From assembly GCA_027923505.1 (NCBI GenBank), contig BROI01000038.1, forward strand, positions 62,001 to 126,000: 64,000 bases of DNA, read 5' to 3'. The notes under the pieces were generated by a model, which did not search any database, was not told the DNA's origin, and worked only from the letters and a program-made list of their open reading frames with translations. A program made the position numbers and the translations under genes. The stretch comes from Mayamaea pseudoterrestris. Taxonomy: Eukaryota. Of the stretch, positions 10,725 through 22,516 are shown piece by piece (position 1 is the stretch's first letter; each line of letters starts with the position of its first letter).

Positions 10725-10765
10725 TGAATGAATGAATGAATGAATGAATGAATGAAAGAAAGAAA
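10725..10765. repeat. (TGAA)8(AGAA)2 microsatellite downstream of SAMDC
   Basis: Directly visible tetranucleotide repeat. Confidence 0.95.
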
Positions 10766-11451
10766 TAGCAAGTATATGTATACCTTTCACTAGCTTTTTC
10801 TATTGTTAATTCCGTATACTAATGTTCTATCCACGTCCAAAGCGATACGTCGCCAAAATCTTGATCCGAAAGTTGACATAAACCTCTACCTACATGAGTT
10901 GTCGATTAAACGGATCATCATCTTCCAGTAGTGGTCTAGCATACCGCCATACTGCTGCACTGCTGCATTTTAATCGCAATGTCGCCGGGCCAAAACTACC
11001 GGCATGATCTCGGGAAGAACTACGTCGCACCACGACTGCTGCGACAAGTTACTGCTTCGACCGAATGGTTTGGTTCACAACGAGAGGATTCGTTCTTCGC
11101 CAAGTTGTAATTGTAAGCTTCAACTTCCTACTTAGTAAGTATGATGATTCATGTCGTACTGGAGTGGGAAAGCTTCTGTTGAGTACAATATACACTAATT
11201 AGACGACAGGACGCGACGAGAGTAAGCTCACAGTGACCGAAGCAACAATTGAGAAGAGCAGCCGTCGCTACAAGCGTGGCCTGCTGCCGTTGCCATCTTA
11301 CTGCGCCGTACTGTATATTATGGCAAGCTAGCTTCTCTCAAGTCTTTATATTGTTGCGTATTTCGGTCTTTGTAATTACTGCTTGACTTACGATCATTTG
11401 ACTCGTTTTGCAGCTACGTATCTTTCGTTCCATTACATTCAACGCATCAAG

Positions 11452-11655
11452 ATGCCGACGTTACCTCCAAACGATCCCAATCACAACCAAAACAATGCCA
11501 TGGCCGCCAAGGAAGCTCCACATGACGGAAGACGACAGCCTCGCAATGAAGAGATTTTGGATGTCTTTGGCGATTTGAGGGATGCACCAGCTGTCGCAGT
11601 CATGTTTCTAATTGGAATGGTTGCCTGGTTTTTGAGGGAGCGATGCATTTGCTAA
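11452..11655 (+). CDS. Possible small (67 aa) tail-anchored membrane protein
   Basis: ATG in good context (caagATG), hydrophilic N-terminus and a single C-terminal hydrophobic stretch (AVAVMFLIGMVAWFL). No homolog recognised. Confidence 0.4.
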   Translation: MPTLPPNDPNHNQNNAMAAKEAPHDGRRQPRNEEILDVFGDLRDAPAVAVMFLIGMVAWFLRERCIC

Positions 11656-11919
11656 ATATGGATTGGAAGCATGCAGCTTTTTTGTTGGCTGCTAATCACT
11701 CGATATGGATTACAGAGTCTTTATGAATGAGAATCTTTGCTGAATGATGCATATTCAACTGTTATTCTTCCAAACAGAAGTCGATAATTTGCGCTCGTTA
11801 AATTGCGTTTAAGCAAACTATTTTCAGATCAGCAATGGCTTTGCGTTTACATTATATTAGCAACAATCAAGGAAATGAACTTCACACAATTGAATAGGCT
11901 ACATCATGACAAAACAACC

Positions 11920-14430
11920 CTACTGATTCTCCTTCTCGCCAATTGTTGGCGATGGAGTGAGCCGATCATCCCTGGAATCAGTCTTAATAATTTCCACACT
12001 TCCGTCTGCATAACTTTGTCCCTGTACTGAGCCTTCTTGAAAACTCAGTGGACTGATTGCAATAGGAGACGCTAGTGTACGCATCACATGAGGTCGATTC
12101 ACTGACTCGCTACCTGCAGAATGGGCAACAATGTTGCGCGGCGGCGACTCATGGTGCAGCAACGGAGAAACAGACCCTCTGCTTGGTGGTGGTGTATTCA
12201 ACTGTCGCGTTCCTGGCTTGAATGGACTTCGTGGTGGCCGCATGGCCAAACGACTGGAGCGACCTGACATCCGAGATGCGTGCGTTTGAGGCGACGAGGA
12301 AGAATCGAACGATGAAATTCTTTCATAGATCACTTCGGGATAATTTCTCAAATTTGCCAGTGAACCAACCTCTAGCCGTCCGTGTCTCTCACTCACTTCG
12401 CGTACCGATGTAAGGTCGCTCGCACCTTGCCGCTCAAGATACGACACAAAGGTTGGTGGGTTTTCCTCGGTCGCCGCTGTGGATGCAGTCGTATCAGTGG
12501 CGGAGGATGTTTCGAGCGTACCCTGCGACACAGATTGGCCACTTTGCCGCGTGCCATGAGGCAACTGAAAGCTAACAGAGCGACTCCCAGTCAACATTGA
12601 TCCTTGCCGCGCAAACATTTCTTCAGCCGGAACATTCGCTCCGTCACGCAAGGGAGCGTGATTATTATTCAGCATCATATAGCCATTGAGTATCGAAAAC
12701 GGATTTAATAGCGCGTCAAGCTCCTTTTGGGCAACGGAACTTGCTCGATTTGCCATCATAACTTCGCGATCAGTCTCGGATATTGTCGTCAAACCCGACT
12801 GAGGATTGCTCCTAGACGATGCACACGTTCCTTGAGTTGTTGAAGTCGTGTTAAAGGTACAAGGCGATGTCGTGCCAGAGTCATTTGAATGAGTGGAATG
12901 ACTGCACTGGCTTGCCATGGCCGTCGGACTAGGAGTCGCAGCTCCAACAATATCCGGTAGCATCGCATGCTGCTGGCACATAGTCTTTGATAGATGGACC
13001 TGTGTCTTTATTGAGTTGTTGAGCCGCTCCGAATGGGGACTACTCAAGTCGTCAAGCATCTGCTGGTACGGGGGCAATGGACTGATTTCATTACTCTCTG
13101 CGTCATGACGCATATGCGGCCCAATCCTGCGAATCTCAAGCTCTTCTTCATCTCCGTACAGCTTTTGATAGTTGTGTAATGCCGGTACTTCTTTCAAGTT
13201 TTTTAACGGATGCTTTTCAACATCGCTGGCCGGAGATCCGTCATCTATTGTCATTGTATGCAATGAGTTGAGAACTGTCGACAAATCTGATCCGCCAGAC
13301 ATAACGGAATAGTCGTTTAAACTTGGCTCATGCTCGGTAAAGACAGTGACACTTGTTTCTGCTACATCCATTTCCACCTGTTGCTCAGTAATGGCCGTCA
13401 TGCTTGAATCCTGGCGTTCCATCATGGATGGAACCATAGATACATCGGTCTCGACAGTTGTAACCACATTCATTCGGTCATGTGCATGCCTGCGTCTTCT
13501 TCGCAACACTCCAACATCAGCCAAAAATTTGGCTGCCCTTGAAGCTGCACCACGGCTGCTCTTTCTTTCTTCCACTTCTGGCTCTGGAATATTGTTAACC
13601 ACTTCGATTGACGTTCGCTCCATCTCATCCAACGCGTACGTATAGTACCTAACTGGGTCAAATGCCGATTGCGATCTTGAAGTTGATCCAAATGCTTTGA
13701 GAGATGTATATGACGCTCTGTGGTTTAGCGTTGAGCCGGGTGTAAGCGTCTTGAAAGCTGAATTGACCGATCGGTGCCGAAACGACGATGGAGTTGAGCT
13801 TGATCGCTGGTACGGATCAAGCGGAATCGGTCCAGGAACAAAATTTGCCTCTTCATCTTCGAATACTGACGGTCCATTGTACTTGAGTGGCGTTGAATGG
13901 GTATGGCGGAATGCATGGGAAGGTAATGGTGCATCTTCTGGCGTTGGCATGAGAGGCCCAGTCAATCTTTGAAGGTTATAATGCCCTGTATTGGAGGGCG
14001 CGCAAAGATTAATATTGTGTAGTTTTTGCAAGGAGGCAAAGGGAACAGTCGAGCCTTCATCGGCGTCGTTAATGTAGGCTTCCCATCCCTGTACGAGTTT
14101 TGCAAATGCGTTTGACCGCCCATCGTCAAGCAGCGCCGCTGATACACCAGCAGAACGACCCATGGCGCCTTCTTGGACGAGCGAACCATGTGCAGAGTGT
14201 GATATTATACTGTCCGTCCGTGCTCGCACATTATTTCCTTCTTCCGCCAAGAGCTTCTCCGGTCGACACTTTTTTACTTCGCCCATGGCGCCAGCTAAAA
14301 ATGAGCTTACACCAAGTTTGACAGCTGAAGGAAAGTCATGAAAAGACTGTGCTGCACGGTCACACTCCTTATCGTCCATTGCGTCCAATGCGATAGGGCT
14401 CCATTCACGCCTGTAGATATACTTGGCCAC
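11920..14430 (-). CDS. Hypothetical Ser/Thr/Pro-rich low-complexity protein (start uncertain; first ATG 14379)
   Basis: Uninterrupted ORF of >800 codons with no recognisable domain; contains a basic RRRRR stretch. Confidence 0.75.
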   Translation of the reverse strand: MAKYIYRREWSPIALDAMDDKECDRAAQSFHDFPSAVKLGVSSFLAGAMGEVKKCRPEKLLAEEGNNVRARTDSIISHSAHGSLVQEGAMGRSAGVSAALLDDGRSNAFAKLVQGWEAYINDADEGSTVPFASLQKLHNINLCAPSNTGHYNLQRLTGPLMPTPEDAPLPSHAFRHTHSTPLKYNGPSVFEDEEANFVPGPIPLDPYQRSSSTPSSFRHRSVNSAFKTLTPGSTLNHRASYTSLKAFGSTSRSQSAFDPVRYYTYALDEMERTSIEVVNNIPEPEVEERKSSRGAASRAAKFLADVGVLRRRRRHAHDRMNVVTTVETDVSMVPSMMERQDSSMTAITEQQVEMDVAETSVTVFTEHEPSLNDYSVMSGGSDLSTVLNSLHTMTIDDGSPASDVEKHPLKNLKEVPALHNYQKLYGDEEELEIRRIGPHMRHDAESNEISPLPPYQQMLDDLSSPHSERLNNSIKTQVHLSKTMCQQHAMLPDIVGAATPSPTAMASQCSHSTHSNDSGTTSPCTFNTTSTTQGTCASSRSNPQSGLTTISETDREVMMANRASSVAQKELDALLNPFSILNGYMMLNNNHAPLRDGANVPAEEMFARQGSMLTGSRSVSFQLPHGTRQSGQSVSQGTLETSSATDTTASTAATEENPPTFVSYLERQGASDLTSVREVSERHGRLEVGSLANLRNYPEVIYERISSFDSSSSPQTHASRMSGRSSRLAMRPPRSPFKPGTRQLNTPPPSRGSVSPLLHHESPPRNIVAHSAGSESVNRPHVMRTLASPIAISPLSFQEGSVQGQSYADGSVEIIKTDSRDDRLTPSPTIGEKENQ

Positions 14431-14798
14431 AGCGACTGTTGGAGACTATGGCATGGCAACGCTTTACGAACAACGACAGCGTCCGGGATCAGAGTGCGAC
14501 AGCGAAAGTTGGCGACTCGAACCGAGGAAAATGTGTGCGTTTCAGAGGATCGCCGGCTCGCCACCTACTCTGCTGAACATAAGCCCTAATGTTAGTTAGG
14601 CACCAAAGATACCTAGCACGCTAAGTACTTCTAGCCTGGCAACAAGTTTTCAGTCTTGCGAACGGGGAAAATCATTTTGTCACGGTGCGACTTGCAGGAT
14701 TCTTGCCGCGCTGTCGGTCGCACCATTGTCAAACAAAAGCCGTTACTCTTTATCTTTACTACACTCTCCTGGGCTACTTCAACTCTGCAACTAGGGAG

Positions 14799-15982
14799 AT
14801 GAGTCATTCAACTCCTCCTCCAGAATGGGATCTGCTCCTGTCGGCCGCACAAAAGAACGACTCCCACCAAATCCAAAAGATGGTTGCGAGCGGTGTCGAT
14901 CCAAGTCACTCCAACGCCGTCGGCCAGTCAGCCTTGCACATTGCGGCGCTATGGGGAAATGGTGTGTATATATAACTCAATACAAGTCCGGTTTGCAGAG
15001 TCTTGCTTCGCTGACTATGTTCCATTTCATTCTCCTCACTTTGTTTCCAATTCAAGTGGAAGCTGCAGAGGCGTTGCTGACAGCAGGAGCTAATTCGAAT
15101 GCACAGAATCGCATCATGGGCTCAACACCCCTGCACATGGCGGCCCAGTCAAACAAGGCGACTGTCGAGCGCATGAAGGAAATTGTTGACCTTTTGCTTG
15201 CACATGGTGCCAATCTGCAGCTGGTTGATTCTAATGGAGCCATGCCGCTCAAGTATGTGACACGACCCGAACTCGAATCCAAGTTTCAAGTTCGAGCGCC
15301 GGACCTCTACTTGGCCATTGATCTAGCCGACATTGCAGAATTTACAACCCTGCTCCAGCAAAGCGACGGCAAATTGAATCAATACGACGGCAAGACACCA
15401 GTCGCGTATGCCGCTAATAAGCTGAATGCTACTTTTGATGAAATCAATGATTCGCATGAGCTGTCACGGCGAGTATCCACATATGCCTCCATGTTGGATC
15501 AATTGTTTGACACTGGCGCTATCAGCACGCAAGAAACGACGTACAACCTATTGCTGGCATTGGAGCGAGTCTACAGAAACAGTGAGGATGAGACCAGCGC
15601 TGAAAGTTTAGTCATCTTAGAGCTTGTCTCACTCAAGTCGCTGCAACGTCAAGAAGGGAATCCAGCGCCATCGACAGATGTTTGTTTGCTGGCGCATGCA
15701 GCAGCCCGTCGCGGCCATTTGCGCATGCTTCAATTTCTGCTGGAGCGCGTCAACATTGACCCAAACACTACGAATCGCCAAGGCATGACGGCACTACATT
15801 TTGCGGCGCGGTCGGGGCAGGAACCTATCGTACAGTACCTGCTGAGTTTGAACGATGCTGATTTAGCCGACAAGGTCGATGTCATTGCCAAGGATAGTTT
15901 GGGGCAGACAGCGTTGGATGCGGCACGAACTAACAACAAGACTCATGTTGTTCGACTTCTGGAGGCCTATTTGGGACGATAG
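14799..15982 (+). CDS. Ankyrin-repeat protein; intron 14962-15056
   Basis: GQSALHIAALWGN|VEAAEALL, GSTPLHMAA, GMTALHFAARSG and GQTALDAA. The intron joins two ORFs. Confidence 0.88.
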
Positions 15983-16366
15983 CATGCGGAAGTAGACGGA
16001 TGAGTGACGCAAGATGTCCACATTAAAGGCAACCGAACAGGTGACTGGCATACCGGATACCTATCGGTATTGGGGAGCTCGAGGCAATAGCACCAGCATG
16101 ATCCAGCCTTGCTAGTAACACTTTGAAATTGTCCTTGCAGCCCATAGGTACTTTTTGACTGCAGGAAGAATAACACTGTGCTTCTTATCCATACTATTTA
16201 TCCTGATTGTAAGACGAACCGTAGTCGCACCGTAGAAACATTTTTTGTACCTCTGCGACACTCATGTTTTGGAAACTGCTCGCGTAGTCGACCATTTTTT
16301 CTTCTGCATTGACAGTAATCACTGTCAATCACTGCTGACTGTTTATATCTGCTCGACATACACAGC

Positions 16367-18133
16367 ATGGAGTCAAATGAGAGACTTCCGGTAGCTGCAC
16401 GTCCTTTAGACATATTGTTACACCGACAAGTCGATCATTTACTTTCGCGCAAGAATCTGTCGGACGAAAATGTTCTTTCGTATTTCCTGCAGGGTTTTGA
16501 CGGCGACAGTCAACTTGAAGAGACGAATGATGGACATCTGGATCACCAATTTTATCAAAATCAGATTGAAAGGTTTTGCGACAGAAAGAGGGAGCTCAAT
16601 CGTTTGGAAGAACAACTCTCACTGGGGCGAGCGAGAATACACGATGATGGTCGGCTGCTTCCATTCCAAGAAGACGACGAAAATATTCCAGAGAATCGCC
16701 AAATAGACGAAGATCCCAATCATCCACCATTTGTGGCCAATCTACCGAATGTTAATAACCGTATGATGATGTTTCCGCTATTTCTGGACAATGGAAACAA
16801 CGATGACATGCACGACAGGGAACAACGCGAAGCTCAATTCCTCCGTCAGCAACAGCAAGAGGCAGCTCAGGCTATTCGTCGAGTCCTGCTGACGCGATAT
16901 AAAGATGCTCCATATAGCAAGCTTGAACTCGTTCAGCCACCTCAACCTACGCCGCAACGCACGACTGATTTGACTCTACGACGCATTTGCTACGCAGTCT
17001 TGGTTGTTGCTGGAGCTTTTGTGGCCACCATGGTGAGAGCTCTACCGTCGACGTTTGATACAGGAACAGTAAGTAAGGGAATCCACCATGCTAGGGGCGA
17101 CGATGAAAACTTGATGGATAGGTTGCTCCACACTGTGGCAAGCGTCCGCCTACCCGATCAACACATTGCTGAATGTTTCTCGCTTCAAGACCGAAATACA
17201 CGCTATCCCTGGCCTTTTCAGTGGCTGAAAGATTGCTCCAACGGCGTGCTGCTAGTTCCTTCGCTGCAGCAATCTACTTGGCACTATAGTAATGACCTGA
17301 CGTGGTTCCGTCCATGCACATGGAAGAACAGCGGACCGCCGTCTTGTTTCAACGTCGGCGTGACAGCAAGTAACGCATACCCTTTGAACAATAACAAAAC
17401 AGTCAACGATGTCAAACAGTGCGTCCGAGGTGTTCACGACAAATTGCTTACCAAGGAAGAGATTGCCAAGGTCATTTCACTGGGCAAGGATCTATCGCGC
17501 AACAAACGACGTGCCGAGCCTTTCCAAATCCACTTTAGTGACATTGATCGCTTGCCGTCCAGTCTTGTTATTACGTTAAGACGCTTGCTGATTAATATAT
17601 ATGAAATGCCGAAAAGCATTCGACCAGTGGCTTTTCGCATTCATGCTAGCGCACCGCTAAATGGCGACACGTCCTTCACCACCAAGGCTGGAACCGTGAC
17701 GCAGCATCCGCTTGCCAGATTGTTGCACCGCCAACGAAACTACGAAAACAATGCTTCGACGATTGTGTCGTGGCCGTGGTCTTGGTTTGTTGGCATGATT
17801 GCGTCGCGCGGGCGCGCAACAACTAATGTCGATGCTTGTCGCGTTTTGTCGGATCACCAGGTTGACGAGCGTCTTCAACTTTTGACGAGTATATACCTGA
17901 CAGACGACTACTCTGGTGGAAGCATGTTGTTTGTTGATGATACTAGTGACAATTGTAAGTGGTGGTGGTGGTGGCGTTGGAGAAGAACTTGTCGTGGACC
18001 GATCCGCCGAGGGCTGGCAGTGATCGGCCAGCTTGGGCGAGTCGTTGTCTCCAGCGGCGACAACTCTCGCTGCCAATTGCCCGTCCGGCATGGCATACGA
18101 GCCATCTTGCAGGTGTGGTGGAGCTGTGGATGA
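16367..18133 (+). CDS. Membrane-anchored protein with degenerate 2OG-Fe(II) oxygenase (OGFOD3-like) C-terminal domain
   Basis: 588-aa ORF with TM ICYAVLVVAGAFVATMV. CVRGVHDKLLT, TSIYLTDDYSGGSMLFVD, GRVVVSSG and GIRAILQVWWSC resemble a 2OG-Fe(II) fold. Confidence 0.6.
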   Translation: MESNERLPVAARPLDILLHRQVDHLLSRKNLSDENVLSYFLQGFDGDSQLEETNDGHLDHQFYQNQIERFCDRKRELNRLEEQLSLGRARIHDDGRLLPFQEDDENIPENRQIDEDPNHPPFVANLPNVNNRMMMFPLFLDNGNNDDMHDREQREAQFLRQQQQEAAQAIRRVLLTRYKDAPYSKLELVQPPQPTPQRTTDLTLRRICYAVLVVAGAFVATMVRALPSTFDTGTVSKGIHHARGDDENLMDRLLHTVASVRLPDQHIAECFSLQDRNTRYPWPFQWLKDCSNGVLLVPSLQQSTWHYSNDLTWFRPCTWKNSGPPSCFNVGVTASNAYPLNNNKTVNDVKQCVRGVHDKLLTKEEIAKVISLGKDLSRNKRRAEPFQIHFSDIDRLPSSLVITLRRLLINIYEMPKSIRPVAFRIHASAPLNGDTSFTTKAGTVTQHPLARLLHRQRNYENNASTIVSWPWSWFVGMIASRGRATTNVDACRVLSDHQVDERLQLLTSIYLTDDYSGGSMLFVDDTSDNCKWWWWWRWRRTCRGPIRRGLAVIGQLGRVVVSSGDNSRCQLPVRHGIRAILQVWWSCG

Positions 18134-18342
18134 GGTATGAGTGGCAGGGACACTAACTTTGCTTATGGCAACAAACAGGCGCCCTAACGTCACTTGCACT
18201 CGAGAAATAACGCAGCAGCTGACGACTCGCGAGTTGTCTCCACGCATTTCTACGATCATGACAAAATACTATAGACAAACGTCATAAAAAGCGTCGCAGA
18301 GAACGGAAATGGGGACTATTCAGCAATATACACTCGTATAGC

Positions 18343-19294
18343 TTAAAACAGCAATCCCTTGAGCTTGTAATAAATTACTGCCAAAACAATGATTCCAATC
18401 AAACCCTTTGGCCCATATTGCTGTAGCCGCGCTTGCCAGGTGAGCTTCTTGGCTCCCCACTTGAAGTCCTTTGATTTTGCACGAAGCTCATTGGAGATGC
18501 TGGAAACATGCTCCAGCTTTTCGCCCCTATTCAGAATCTCATCTATATTCTTCTTCATAATGGTATGAATCTCGGACAAGTCTTCATTAAGTTGGGACTT
18601 AAATTGTTGCTGTGGCGCATTCGAGTCTTTAAAGTCACGTTGCTTGCGTTGAATGACAGGGTCGCTGTGCGAACGAGATTGTGAATGTAGCAAGTAGCAA
18701 TGGATAGGTTAGTTAAACGATTTCGCTAGTCCCTATCCAATTTCGGTATCCGTTCAGGCTTTATTACTTACTACTTGATAAAGGCAAACGGTCTTGCCGC
18801 TTGATCAACAGCTTGTCTCCAATTGCCTCCAAAGTCTTTGATCATTTCCTGCGTGAAAACGTCAGCTACTTGCTCCAAGTATAGAAATGCCAATCGCTTT
18901 GGATATGACTGTTCGCACAGCGTCAAGAAGCAGAGATTGTCGCGCGCCATGTAGTAAAACATCATGTTTCCAGATTGAATGGACATTTTGGGAGAGCTGT
19001 TAAGTGACAGATAGCGGGTGTGCATAAAGTGGGCGAGTGAGTGATGCATGATGTGATGTTAAGTGCTCCGTCAAGAGTCAAGAGCAGCAAGTCGAATCGT
19101 TCAGCGCTCCGACATCACCAATAAACATTGTCTTTTCACTAACTTATGCCTTACGCAGTTGTCATGGAACGCATCAATCGCTTGGCATCCTGCTGATGTT
19201 CATTTGTTGCTGCCAAAGTTGGCGTTGGCGTGGAGGTTGCAACGAGAGGAAGAGCGTCCGCCGCTCGAGCCACTTGCGTCAGTATGGGAGGCAT
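18343..19294 (-). CDS. SEC22: Longin R-SNARE Sec22; introns 19154-18997 and 18771-18665
   Basis: VARAADALPLVA, SYPKRLAFLYLE, AFIKY|DPVIQ, SNARE core IMKKNIDEILNRGEKLE and a C-terminal TM. Both introns are GT-AG and restore frame. Confidence 0.93.
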
Positions 19295-19551
19295 GCCTTT
19301 TATATGTTATTGCTACTGCTGTCGAGCATATACTGTATGAATGACACTGAACGAAGAAGGCGCTGCTGAAGAGAAATAATGAAGGTCGCGTCGAAACGTT
19401 AAAACGTCATGGTGGCAGTCGGCGCGGCGCTGTGGCTGAGAACCGGTCCGACGCCATGTCAACCACACGATTTGCGCGCGCCGTCGCGCCATGGAGATTC
19501 GTTCCGCCAAGCAAAATCAATGAAACCGACAAGCATCAATCTTGCATCAAT

Positions 19552-19979
19552 ATGAGCAGCTTTTTCGGTGGAGGACAAGCGCAGCAGCCGCAAGGGCCTG
19601 ATCCTGTCTATGCTGCCAAGACGGAAATGGAAATGTACACTGGTAAGCGAATCGATGTTGATGAAATGAGCATGAAGATGAATAATGAGAGTCGATGATG
19701 AAACAAACGCAGCAGCGTTTCAAAGCCTACCGATACTCATTACTCCAAATTTTAACAGACTTGTTCAACAAGATTTCGGGACAATGCTTCAAAAAATGCG
19801 CAGCCGTCAAGCACAAGGAAGCAGACTTGACGCTTGGAGAAATGGCTTGCACGGATCGGTGCGTTGCGAAATACCTCGAGTCGCAGCAAAGGGTTGGAGC
19901 AGTACTGCAGGAAGCCAATGAGCAGCAGCTTCAGCAGCAACAGCAATTGCAGCAGCAACAACAGCAGTTTGGTAGATGA
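19552..19979 (+). CDS. TIM10: Mitochondrial small Tim chaperone Tim10; intron 19643-19758
   Basis: EMEMYTD|LFNKI, twin CX3C (CFKKC...CTDRC), LTLGEMACTDRCVAKY and a polyQ tail. Confidence 0.93.
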
Positions 19980-20094
19980 AGCTGATCATACAACAATGTA
20001 ATGTAGTAAAAGTAACCATCTCGAAAAGATTTTACTCTTTCATGAAATGCGAACACGTTATTTATGCAAAATCTATGTTATGAATTTCACAGAG

Positions 20095-22023
20095 TTAGAT
20101 TGGAATGTACTGCTGCGAACTGGTGCCCTTTCGCGACAAGAATTTAATGGTGCAAGCTGCGGCCCCGCCGACAATTTTGCTGATTCCATTGATTATTGGC
20201 AGTTTTCCAATCCATTGTACCAACGGTTGCAGCAAAGGCAATTGGCCAGTTGCTTGAAGTATTCGTCTTGTGACCATGTACAGAAGAAAGTAGGTTGGAA
20301 TCGCCACGCAAATTCCATATGGCTTGAGCCGCATTGCTCGTCGTCGCCGTGGCGGCTTGCCATGATTCGACGAAGTAGCACTGCTTATCGTTTCATTCTT
20401 CATTCGCTGCTCTAATGTACTACGCCGCTGCTTCTTTTGCAAAAGCGTGGTCAATGCCGAATCCATGGCGATGGCAGCATCCACGTGGCCGTCACTCATG
20501 CTGCCTTGTGGTGGATAGGGATGCAATTGCTCGCCAACCCAGCGACAAGCGAGCGTGTAGTGAAATGGTGGCTGCGACGAGATATCTTTTATGTGGCTGG
20601 ACTGCTGCTGCGTTTTCCTTTCGTTTATTTTCAAGCTCTCCAACTCGGTCGGTGAACTTGCCTTGCTTTGATTGAACAAGGCTGCCGCCACGGCCAAGGC
20701 TGCTACATCGTCTCGGCCTATTCGTGAAGGTTCCGGCACGCGACCATGAATGCCAACTTGAATTGCCGTTGTGTTGACGTCTCGCTCGCCCATGTCATCT
20801 TCATCGTAGTCAATATCGGCGCCATTGTAATTCCAGCTCACCAGATCACCAGGGCGCAAAACAATTGTTTCCACCCAAGGAGAAGCATGCATGGTTTGTT
20901 CCGCCATTTCCTGATATCGCAAAACCATGGAGTGTAGCATGTTGGTAAAGAGTGGCACGAGATGCCATGGGGCTCTTGCGACGGAAAGGTCTGAGATTCG
21001 AACGAACCTGAGTCGCTCTTGTTGGTGTGCCGGCTGATTTTGCTTTCGGTGTTGAGAAAGTGCTTCATCTGCAAACGCTTTGGCTGGCGTTGCTGCCACT
21101 GTAGTATCCGCAGTCTGCTCCAGTTCTATGCGCCGCCTTCTTTCTCGCTCCTCCTGCTCGGCGAGTTGCAAGACGATTCGCGTACTTTCGTAGTGAACGT
21201 AGTATGGGTGCCTTGTGTCCCTGCACCATTTGTCAACATTTGGCCGCAAGAGCCTCCACAGTGGCCGCTCCAACAAATCCTTCCACAGATTGGTCGGACG
21301 AATTGCCCCGACGCAGCTAATGACAACGCTGGCTCCACGCATGGCGGATGCAAGTGAATGTAATGGATGATTGCTGCAGCTGTCAAAGACAGCATCGTCT
21401 TGCTGTAATGACTCATTGTAAAATGTCGACACAAAGGACGTAACATCCATTGCTGATTGCTGTCTTCCTGGTTGCACCAATTCGCCTTGTACAATCTGTA
21501 GCGTCGGCCCAGAGTCTGCTCGAGTCGTCGTCTTGACAGCAATCAAGTCGTCAAACAAAACCCGACAAGCCTTGTCGTAGTCGCGACAGTAAGCGACAAT
21601 CGTCGCATCAATGGAGGAATCGAGCAAATGGCGAACCACGAGTCGACCAATCTTGCCCGAGGCGCCCAAGACGACAATCTTTTTCCGTCGCGGAGGCTCG
21701 TAGACTTTGGGACGAGGACGCTCCGTCAGCGTATCCGTCGGCCGTTCTGCGACTCGCTGAGGCTCTCGCTGCGGAATCAAACTGCTTTCACTGTCATCAT
21801 CCTCTAGATTCATTGCTGATTTGTAGGTACGAGCAAAGTATAGCCTTGATGTTGATAATGATGCTGACTGTGGAATTCCTTTGCGACTTGCTCGATGACA
21901 GTGAGTGCTGCTCGCGGACCATCGTCGCTCAGCGGCAGATAGCGCCGACGTACATTGACTCCAAGACGCTGCTAACAGCAGTCTAATGACGAATGTACAG
22001 CAATCATTTCTTCCAAGAACCAT
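20095..22023 (-). CDS. NAD(P)-binding Rossmann-fold protein (atypical SDR/NmrA-like) with signal peptide
   Basis: IVVLGASGKIGRLVV, VISCVGA, TIVLRPGDL and RIGRDDVAAL. Confidence 0.8.
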   Translation of the reverse strand: MVLGRNDCCTFVIRLLLAASWSQCTSALSAAERRWSASSTHCHRASRKGIPQSASLSTSRLYFARTYKSAMNLEDDDSESSLIPQREPQRVAERPTDTLTERPRPKVYEPPRRKKIVVLGASGKIGRLVVRHLLDSSIDATIVAYCRDYDKACRVLFDDLIAVKTTTRADSGPTLQIVQGELVQPGRQQSAMDVTSFVSTFYNESLQQDDAVFDSCSNHPLHSLASAMRGASVVISCVGAIRPTNLWKDLLERPLWRLLRPNVDKWCRDTRHPYYVHYESTRIVLQLAEQEERERRRRIELEQTADTTVAATPAKAFADEALSQHRKQNQPAHQQERLRFVRISDLSVARAPWHLVPLFTNMLHSMVLRYQEMAEQTMHASPWVETIVLRPGDLVSWNYNGADIDYDEDDMGERDVNTTAIQVGIHGRVPEPSRIGRDDVAALAVAAALFNQSKASSPTELESLKINERKTQQQSSHIKDISSQPPFHYTLACRWVGEQLHPYPPQGSMSDGHVDAAIAMDSALTTLLQKKQRRSTLEQRMKNETISSATSSNHGKPPRRRRAMRLKPYGICVAIPTYFLLYMVTRRILQATGQLPLLQPLVQWIGKLPIINGISKIVGGAAACTIKFLSRKGTSSQQYIPI

Positions 22024-22516
22024 GATCGATTAGTTTAACATGGATCGGATCTTGTGATGGATGAATGAGCCGCGACGACATTGTTGCGTCTCTTTTCATT
22101 CACGCATTGCCACTACTTTTAGCTATCTACTACAGATACACAGCGTGGCTGAATCATGTGGGCAGTTGGCACAGCGTACGCACCATTACAATCTTCTAGA
22201 CTTGATTCATTTACACATGTTGTGTTCGTGCTCAGTGTTCAAATGCCACGCGCGTCGCAATATTGCTCGGTGGGGCCAAATGGCTTGTATCGTGTCGGAA
22301 CGCAACAATACGCAAGCTTGCAAGACTACTCGCAATAAAAAAAAAGGTCATCGTAGGATAAACTAAAAGCATTTAATAAAGGTTTATATTGCAAGCCAGC
22401 TAATGGTAGCGCTTGTCGACATCAACGCGTCGGGTGCGTGGCACATTTCCTGTTTGAAACTGCCCGACTCGAATGAATCAGTAACTGAGTCACAGCGTTA
22501 TGAATGCGCCATCAAT

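Noticed and set aside
10642..10731. AMD1-like stop-codon readthrough tail after SAMDC
   Set aside because: Only ~28 in-frame codons follow the TAG and the context is not a recognised readthrough motif; compatible with chance.
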